Of a stretch of DNA of 20,988 bases, positions 15,041-20,988 are shown piece after piece (position 1 is the first letter of the stretch; each line of letters starts with the position of its first letter). Source of the stretch: Polyangiales bacterium. GTDB taxonomy: Bacteria > Myxococcota_A > Polyangia > Polyangiales > Houyiibacteriaceae. The stretch is from the NCBI GenBank assembly GCA_045106895.1, contig JBGCFM010000111.1:1-20988 (forward strand), read 5' to 3'. Position numbers and translations under genes: made by a program. A model generated the notes under the pieces. The model made no database searches, was not told the origin of the DNA, and saw only the letters and a program-made list of their open reading frames with translations.

Positions 15041-17325
15041 GTCGTCGCAAGGGTGTCGATGGACGCCGCGATTTTTGTGGCCGCAACCTCGGCGAAGGCC
15101 GCGACGGTCCACTGAGGGTTGACGACGATCGTCGAGGGGAAGAGCGACGCGTCGGCGACGGAGACGTTCGAGACGCCGTGGACGCGGAAGTCAGCGCCGA
15201 CGGCGCCAAGGGAGGGGTCGGCGTTCATCCGCAGACCGCCTTGTGGGTGCGCGGAGCTAAGCATGATGTGCTCTGGCGCCTGGATGACCTCTTTGAGGCG
15301 AGCGGCGATCTGCGCCTCTGTCATGGACCCATGCTCGTCCTGTGTGAGCCTCAACCCTTCGGCCAGGATGTCGTCCACGGGCGGTCCGGAGCGCTGACGA
15401 ATGCCCGCGAGACCCACGGCGCTCGCCCCCGCCGCCAAGTAGAGGCGCACGATGGACGCGAGGGCGACTCGGTTGGCGTTCAGCTCATCTTCGTTGAGTG
15501 AGTAGTAGACGGTACGGTCGCTGGTGATCCGCCCGGTCTGTGGGGAGCCGATGGTCGTCGCGCACATCGCCATCTTCTCGTAGCTCTTCATCCAGTCCAG
15601 GTTTTGCGCGCCGACGCCGGGGACCACGTTGCTGAAGAGACCCGGGGGAACGAAGGCGTTCTCCAGGACGAAACGCGCTCGGTGCGTTCGCCCGTCTGCG
15701 AGATGAACGTCAAAGGCTTCATCGGGTTGCTTCGTCGCCACGTACTTGATCTGGAAGCCCATGTGGCCAGGCCGTGCGAAGGCGTTTTCGAAGCGCGCCA
15801 CGGCGCCGGAGCCGTAGTTGAAACCAAGGCCCGTGCCGACTCGGTCGTCGCGGAATGGCCTCAGGGTGTTCCAGCGGCCATCTTCTTCCGCCGTGCGCAA
15901 AAGAAGCGCCGGCGTTCCCACGGCGCCGGCCGCGAGGACCACGTGGTCGACGGGCACATGAGTTCCGTCGCCGCGGCCGAGTTCGATGGCCGTCGCGCGC
16001 ATCTTCCCGTCGTGCTCTTCGCCAACGATGCGCTCGATGGGCAAGTTCGCGTGAATGACGCCGCCGGCCGCCTCGAAGTCGAGGAGGTACGTCAGGTCCA
16101 TGGAGAGCTTGTGCCCGAAGTGACAGCCGTAGTTGCACATTCCGCAGCCCAGGCAGTAGTCGCCGTTTTGATCCAACCGCGGGCCGCTCTGACCTGGGGC
16201 CATCATGACGTTGTTTAGGGCGACATCCTGATCGAATCGCCAGGCGACGTCATCGACGTGCGCGGCGCCCTTGCTGAGGAGGCTGGAGACATCCGTATAC
16301 AGCTCCGGGGCGATGGTCCCGAGAGACTGCCGCGCCTTGACCTTGTCGAAGGCTGCGTCGAACTCCGCCGCGTCGATGCCCGTGTAGGTGTCTGCGTGCA
16401 GCCCATCGGTGAAGGCGGCGAAAGTCCCCGGGCGCAGCCGAACAGAGAGGCCCGATGTCATCACGGTTCCGCCGCCGACGACGCGTCCGCGGAGGAGGTG
16501 AACATCGAGGTTCTCGCTGAGCGTCATGAGCCCATCTTCGAAGAGCTGACTCATTCCAACGAGGGTATCGAGTGGATACTCTGCAGGCCTCATACGCGGA
16601 CCGCTCTCAAAGATCGCGACGTCGTACTTTCCGGTCTGGGCGAGGCGCGCCGCAGCGACGGCGCCGCCGGCACCGGATCCAATGACGGCGACGCGGGGAC
16701 GACCGTCGTTCTTGAAGAGTCGTCCAGTGTCGTAAGGGTGACCGCGGTAGTGAACGGCTGCGACGGCTTTGGGGTCGAAGACCGCGGGGGTGGGCGCCGG
16801 GAGTCGTGTTGTGTCGACATCCGTGCGATCACGCCAGTGTTCAGCCCGTTCCCAGACGGGCGAAAAGCCAGTGATGCGGTCGCTGTCAGGGTTCGAATAG
16901 AACGCCAGCCCCATCATTTCGCGAAGGCTCTTGGCGAGATCGCGGATCGACGGACTCTTCCCAGGCATATAACGCGCGACGAGCTTGATGAGCTTAGCCA
17001 TCGGAAGATCATCGGAATGGTAGAGCCGGCGAACGTATTCTCGTCGTTCCTCGTCGCTCTGCTTCCAGGGCGCTTTTCCATGGAGAGCGAGTCCGTGCAG
17101 GAACGCTACGACGAGGAGACCGCTGAGGTCTTTGCGCGCCTTCGGTTCGTGGGCGGGGATCGATTGCGCATAGGCATCGAGACGGTCGTGGGCTGCGCGC
17201 ACGAGGGGCTTGTGTTCCGCCTCGGTGACGCCGAGCACGAAGGGCAGATACGCTTCGAAGGTACGGAGCAGGTAGCCCGGAAGCGGCTTGCTTAGACGAA
17301 CTTTACTGAGGTGAAGATCGCTCAT
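15037..17325 (-). CDS. GMC-family FAD oxidoreductase (long-chain alcohol oxidase-like) with N-terminal extension
   Basis: VAVIGSGAGG FAD motif, GRVVGGGT, CLGCGMCNYGC, VVLAAGAVGTPALLLR, catalytic AHPQGG and VADASLFPS..VVNPQWT. Confidence 0.92.
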   Translation of the reverse strand: MSDLHLSKVRLSKPLPGYLLRTFEAYLPFVLGVTEAEHKPLVRAAHDRLDAYAQSIPAHEPKARKDLSGLLVVAFLHGLALHGKAPWKQSDEERREYVRRLYHSDDLPMAKLIKLVARYMPGKSPSIRDLAKSLREMMGLAFYSNPDSDRITGFSPVWERAEHWRDRTDVDTTRLPAPTPAVFDPKAVAAVHYRGHPYDTGRLFKNDGRPRVAVIGSGAGGAVAAARLAQTGKYDVAIFESGPRMRPAEYPLDTLVGMSQLFEDGLMTLSENLDVHLLRGRVVGGGTVMTSGLSVRLRPGTFAAFTDGLHADTYTGIDAAEFDAAFDKVKARQSLGTIAPELYTDVSSLLSKGAAHVDDVAWRFDQDVALNNVMMAPGQSGPRLDQNGDYCLGCGMCNYGCHFGHKLSMDLTYLLDFEAAGGVIHANLPIERIVGEEHDGKMRATAIELGRGDGTHVPVDHVVLAAGAVGTPALLLRTAEEDGRWNTLRPFRDDRVGTGLGFNYGSGAVARFENAFARPGHMGFQIKYVATKQPDEAFDVHLADGRTHRARFVLENAFVPPGLFSNVVPGVGAQNLDWMKSYEKMAMCATTIGSPQTGRITSDRTVYYSLNEDELNANRVALASIVRLYLAAGASAVGLAGIRQRSGPPVDDILAEGLRLTQDEHGSMTEAQIAARLKEVIQAPEHIMLSSAHPQGGLRMNADPSLGAVGADFRVHGVSNVSVADASLFPSTIVVNPQWTVAAFAEVAATKIAASIDTLATT

Positions 17326-17371
17326 GGCGGCAGTCTACCTCAGTGATGGAGCGCGCGGTGTGCGCACTCGC

Positions 17372-18160
17372 TCAGCGGACGGCGATATAGATAAGGCCGC
17401 CGATCACCACAATGATGATGCCCACGGGGATGGGGCCGTACATGATCCCGATGGCCTTTGAGTAGTGCCATTTCCACTTGCCGTCGGCTCCCGTGGTGGT
17501 GGTTCCGCCTGACGTGGAATGCGTCACCTGCATTCCGTATTGCTGCTGCGGCTCACCAAGGGTCTGCCCCGCGAGCAGAGCACACGCCGTTGCAATCGCC
17601 TCGACCTCGGCAGCGGTCTCGATGATGTCCTCTCGGAATGCGCAGATCTGTTGCCCGCCGGAGGCGATTTGATAGGTCCCCGCGGGGAGCGCGTTCAAAG
17701 CGTGTCGGACTCCGTCATGCAAGAGGGCCATCACATCCGCCTGAGTCGCGCCGAGGAGCGGTACGATGGACCAGCGGGCGTCAAACTCCGGGTCACCCGT
17801 CGGCGTCGACGTTGCTCCAGGGAGGAGCTTGAACGGCGGAGTTGGCCGCTGGCACGGCGTGTTCATCTGCGACTGCCAGCTGTTCGGTAGCGCGGAAGGC
17901 GTTACCAGCTTCGCGATATTGCCTTCGAGAAACACGTAATTGACGACGGAGAGCATCCCGCCACGGACCTCGAAGGCTCTTGTCCCTCCCGGGCCCGCCT
18001 GAGGCAATTCACGTCCTCCAAGTCGCGCAACGGCGCTCGCCCAGTGCACCTGCGCGGCATGGATCTTCTTCTTTTTTCCCATGTACCAGAGGACGAATCC
18101 GATGATCACAGCGAAGATGAAGGCGATGGCGCCGAAGGAGATGAGGTCTGAGCTTCTCAT
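17372..18160 (-). CDS. Hypothetical membrane protein (N- and C-terminal TM helices)
   Basis: N-terminal hydrophobic helix followed by KKKK, and C-terminal IPVGIIIVVIGGLIYIAVR. ATG overlaps the upstream TGA (ATGA 18157-18160). Confidence 0.75.
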   Translation of the reverse strand: MRSSDLISFGAIAFIFAVIIGFVLWYMGKKKKIHAAQVHWASAVARLGGRELPQAGPGGTRAFEVRGGMLSVVNYVFLEGNIAKLVTPSALPNSWQSQMNTPCQRPTPPFKLLPGATSTPTGDPEFDARWSIVPLLGATQADVMALLHDGVRHALNALPAGTYQIASGGQQICAFREDIIETAAEVEAIATACALLAGQTLGEPQQQYGMQVTHSTSGGTTTTGADGKWKWHYSKAIGIMYGPIPVGIIIVVIGGLIYIAVR

Positions 18161-19128
18161 GGCGTGGGTATACCATCGCCGCCGAGTGTTTTGGAGTGTG
18201 CGACACGCTCGTAGAGCTCACCGAGGTCTTCGTTGATGCACGCATCGCTTCGTGGGCGGTCCACCGTTCCTGCTTCGATGAGGTATGTGGGCACGAGGCC
18301 GTCACCGTGAGGCCCCGTGGTGAAGCCGCTGAGGTCGACATCTCCGTCCGGGAGGGGCCACGGGAGGCTCGCCAATACCCGAGGTTGGTGAAAGTCCTCG
18401 AGGGACACGCCGTCGATGAGCTCGACATGCCGCTGGGACCGCCTCGCCACGCGGTAGCGACGCTGCAGGACGTTCGATCCGAGGAGCGCGCGCTCGTCCT
18501 TCGACAGAGCGCCCCGACTTAGGACCAATCGGTATGTCCACGGGTGAATCCCGAGGACAGGAAGCAGGTCGCCGCGCTCCAAAAAAGCCTCGGCCTCTTC
18601 CGTTGTGGTGAAGCGATCCAAGACGTTTCCGCCCGGCACGTGCCGGGCGAAGTCCGCGAGTTCGTCGCCGGCGACGAGTGCGAAGCCGAGGGGGCCACAC
18701 GAGAAGAGGTGTCCAGAATGAAGCGTCGGCTGGGACGTCGGGTGCGCGCCGACCTTGGCGGGGGCAAAGACCAACTCGTGCGTGCGAAGGACGGCGCTGG
18801 GTCCGTTGACGCGCTCTTGGTCATAGGCGCGATACGACACGCTGACGGCGCCATGAAAGGGGAGCGCGAGGGCTCGATTCCAGAATGCGCTGGGTGCGCT
18901 GACCTCGACCTCTCCGCCCTCGCCGATGTTCGCGACATGTTCCGAGTGGATCAGGGGGCCCGCGATGCCGCCATCGATGGGCTGCAGTGGCTCGTCGCAC
19001 CACCTCGCCACGTACACATCGAAGAGCGCGTGTGCGGACGCCTTCAGCGCAAAGTGCGCGGTGCCTACACGGATCCCCGTCGACTCGAGTGGGCCTTCAG
19101 TCAGCAGGTCGAGGAGTCGCGTGGACAT
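18157..19128 (-). CDS. Hypothetical protein
   Basis: 323-aa ORF that fills the gap between co-directional genes, with GGAG just upstream and an ATGA overlap downstream. Confidence 0.7.
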   Translation of the reverse strand: MSTRLLDLLTEGPLESTGIRVGTAHFALKASAHALFDVYVARWCDEPLQPIDGGIAGPLIHSEHVANIGEGGEVEVSAPSAFWNRALALPFHGAVSVSYRAYDQERVNGPSAVLRTHELVFAPAKVGAHPTSQPTLHSGHLFSCGPLGFALVAGDELADFARHVPGGNVLDRFTTTEEAEAFLERGDLLPVLGIHPWTYRLVLSRGALSKDERALLGSNVLQRRYRVARRSQRHVELIDGVSLEDFHQPRVLASLPWPLPDGDVDLSGFTTGPHGDGLVPTYLIEAGTVDRPRSDACINEDLGELYERVAHSKTLGGDGIPTP

Positions 19129-19158
19129 CTCCGTACGTTAGCAGCTGCGCTGTTCGAA

Positions 19159-20634
19159 TCAGTCTGGCTGGTACATGACCTCTTGGGTCGAGTCCTGGCT
19201 GTAGTACTGCTCCACCCGATTAAAGGTCACGGCACCGAAGGTATTGATGGCGATGGACCAGAGCATCAGCAGCGCGAAGCCAGCGCCAAAGCGTCGCTTG
19301 CCAAGGGCGATGATGACGAAGAGAAGGACCATATAGTCCAGCGCGAAACGGTAGCCGAACTGGGCCCATCCGCTGTTCTGGTACATCAGGTTGAGGATCG
19401 CGACGGGGATGAGCGCGCACCAGAGCCCAACCATGAGCTTGTTGAGCTTCTTTGGCCAAAGCGCCCACAGCAAGGCAGGAGTTGTGACCCAGAGCGCCAG
19501 CCCGTGCCGGCTCACCTGAACGTAGGGATGGTGGAGGCTGAGCCAGGGCATGGAACTTCCAAACACGCCCAGGTTCTTCGCGAAGTAATGGTAGTTGAAG
19601 AGGCCCCAGCGCTCGATGCGGCTTCGCCAACGAATCTGAAGGAAGGAGTGACCAAACTCGAAGGGGTCGTCGAATCGCGTGGCGTTCATCCACATGGCGA
19701 CGCCGCCGCAGACCAAGATCGGCGCTGAGAATTTGAGCCCCAGTTTGATCGCCGGCTTCCAGTCGACACCACGAATGAAGCGAGTCGCGAGGCTCCACCA
19801 CGATGCGTCCGTGTCCGAAGCTTCCGCGGGGTCTTTGGCTTTGCGCTGCATGCGCATCGCTTCGAAGCCGAAGAAGATGCAGAGGAGCGCCGTGGTTGGA
19901 CGGGTGAGAAAACAGAGCCCGAGAACCAAGCCGGCGCGGAGCGGCGCTCGCGCATCCAAGGCGAACAGAACGTAGAGCGCGATGAGCGGCACGGCGACGG
20001 CGTGCGCGGCGAACCACACGGTGCCTTGAACCGCGACATAGAAGAAGACGCTGCCGAAGGCGAAGAGCAGCGTCATCGCGAGGTCTTCGCGTCTTGTACG
20101 GCCGGAGCGCTTCGTTTCACGAAGTCGCCGCAGGACTAGCCAGAGGAACGCTGGCCCAAAGGCCGCGATGAGCGCCCAATAGAAACGGTCCGGCATGTCC
20201 ACCCCGAGGACCGCCACCGCGGGCGCGATGACGGCGGCGGGGAAGGGCGGAAAGGAGACATACCAGCGGTATCGCTCGTGGTCGGAGAAGCTAAAACGGT
20301 TGTTCGGGCAGAGGTCTTTGAGCTCGGTGTCGAAGCATGCCCAGTCGTTCGTGCCGGGAGGATTGGTGCCGTGGTCGAGTCGCCCTTCAAGCCATGAGTT
20401 GGCAAGGTGCGCGTAGTGATTGTCCGGGCTCGTCTCGAACATGCGGTCGCCGAGGAAAGCGACGTAGACGATGGCGCACACCATCCAGATGAGCGCCGGC
20501 GCTTTCGCGCGGTCCGCCCAGCGAGGCGTTGCGTCCGCCCCACGCCCGTGCTCACGTCCGCCGAGCGACGTCTCCGCCGATTTGGATGCGCTTTCCTCTT
20601 TCTCGGAGGGCTCGTTTTCGCTCTCGTCCGCCAC
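19159..20634 (-). CDS. Polytopic membrane protein, GT-C-fold glycosyltransferase-like
   Basis: Probable GTG start at 20634. TM1 is followed by a loop DNHYAHLANSWLEGRL...YVSFPPFPA, then LTRPT, WMNATRF.DPFEFG and QFGYRFALD, with many TM segments, an architecture typical of GT-C-like proteins. Confidence 0.7.
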   Translation of the reverse strand: MADESENEPSEKEESASKSAETSLGGREHGRGADATPRWADRAKAPALIWMVCAIVYVAFLGDRMFETSPDNHYAHLANSWLEGRLDHGTNPPGTNDWACFDTELKDLCPNNRFSFSDHERYRWYVSFPPFPAAVIAPAVAVLGVDMPDRFYWALIAAFGPAFLWLVLRRLRETKRSGRTRREDLAMTLLFAFGSVFFYVAVQGTVWFAAHAVAVPLIALYVLFALDARAPLRAGLVLGLCFLTRPTTALLCIFFGFEAMRMQRKAKDPAEASDTDASWWSLATRFIRGVDWKPAIKLGLKFSAPILVCGGVAMWMNATRFDDPFEFGHSFLQIRWRSRIERWGLFNYHYFAKNLGVFGSSMPWLSLHHPYVQVSRHGLALWVTTPALLWALWPKKLNKLMVGLWCALIPVAILNLMYQNSGWAQFGYRFALDYMVLLFVIIALGKRRFGAGFALLMLWSIAINTFGAVTFNRVEQYYSQDSTQEVMYQPD

Positions 20635-20720
20635 GGGGCCGGAGCATAGTCGTATTGGGGTCTCTTGCACCCCCAGTCGCTCCCACAACGGCGACAAACA
20701 TCGTAATTGGGGCGCGCTGA

Positions 20721-20872
20721 CCAGTGTCCTGAGTCCGCAATGCGGTGCATAATTCGACGGCTCTTTTCGCCCATGCCGTCGTTGCCGCTCCTCGAAATAT
20801 CTCTGATATTCCTTCGTCACGGACGAAATCGCTCGCCGACTTATGCGCCGCATCGCGGACTCAGGACACTAG
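20721..20872. mobile_element. MITE / IS630-family-derived non-autonomous element (~146 bp) with long terminal inverted repeats
   Basis: 20723-20759 and 20834-20870 are inverted repeats (33/37 identical). Flanks are CCAG and CTAG. The right end reads ...RIADSGH*, like IS630 transposase C-termini. No transposase is present. Confidence 0.7.
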
Positions 20873-20911
20873 GAGAGCTGGATTCGAGGTCGCTTTCCCT
20901 TGCTCGGGCGG

Positions 20912-20988
20912 CTACTCGGCGCCGGCGGCGCACGGATTTGGGAGCGGAACCGAGGGACCGAGGCCGACCCAGGTGCCGGGCACCGCTT
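20912..20988 (-). CDS. 3' end of an unidentified gene entering from beyond the window
   Basis: The minus frame ...AVPGTWVGLGPSVPLPNPCAAGAE* has strong GC3 bias and TAG at 20914-20912. Confidence 0.5.
   Translation of the reverse strand, partial: AVPGTWVGLGPSVPLPNPCAAGAE

Noticed and set aside
20635..20853. N-terminal extension of the 564-aa membrane protein ORF
   Set aside because: It runs through the inverted-repeat element with non-coding-like composition; GTG 20634 is the more plausible start.

Overview
This is a high-GC (roughly two-thirds by eye), densely coding bacterial window. Its gene content (Hanks-type kinase with an AgmX/PglI-like C-terminus, 'DAG' acidic linker, Pro-rich proteins) suggests Myxococcota, probably Polyangiales (inference). 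Left part: a partial di-haem cytochrome c peroxidase missing from the ORF track, an ALDH22/Msc7-like aldehyde dehydrogenase, DUF2141, trmO, a BASS symporter and an MscS-cNMP channel. Middle: a divergent three-gene envelope module (putative beta-barrel/carboxypeptidase-like repeat protein, FecR-like lipoprotein, membrane Ser/Thr kinase), a MazG-like pyrophosphatase, and a CDF Zn/Co exporter with a candidate ArsR/SmtB operator. Right part: six minus-strand genes (GT-C-like membrane protein, two hypotheticals, a fused GMC oxidoreductase, a hypothetical, a Pro-rich coiled-coil HhH protein), a ~150-bp IS630-type MITE and the 3' end of another gene. I saw no rRNA, tRNA or CRISPR array. The best leads are the kinase-coupled trans-envelope module, the MITE, and the eukaryote-like ALDH with a perfect palindrome over its start. 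All family calls rest on motif recognition, not database searches.
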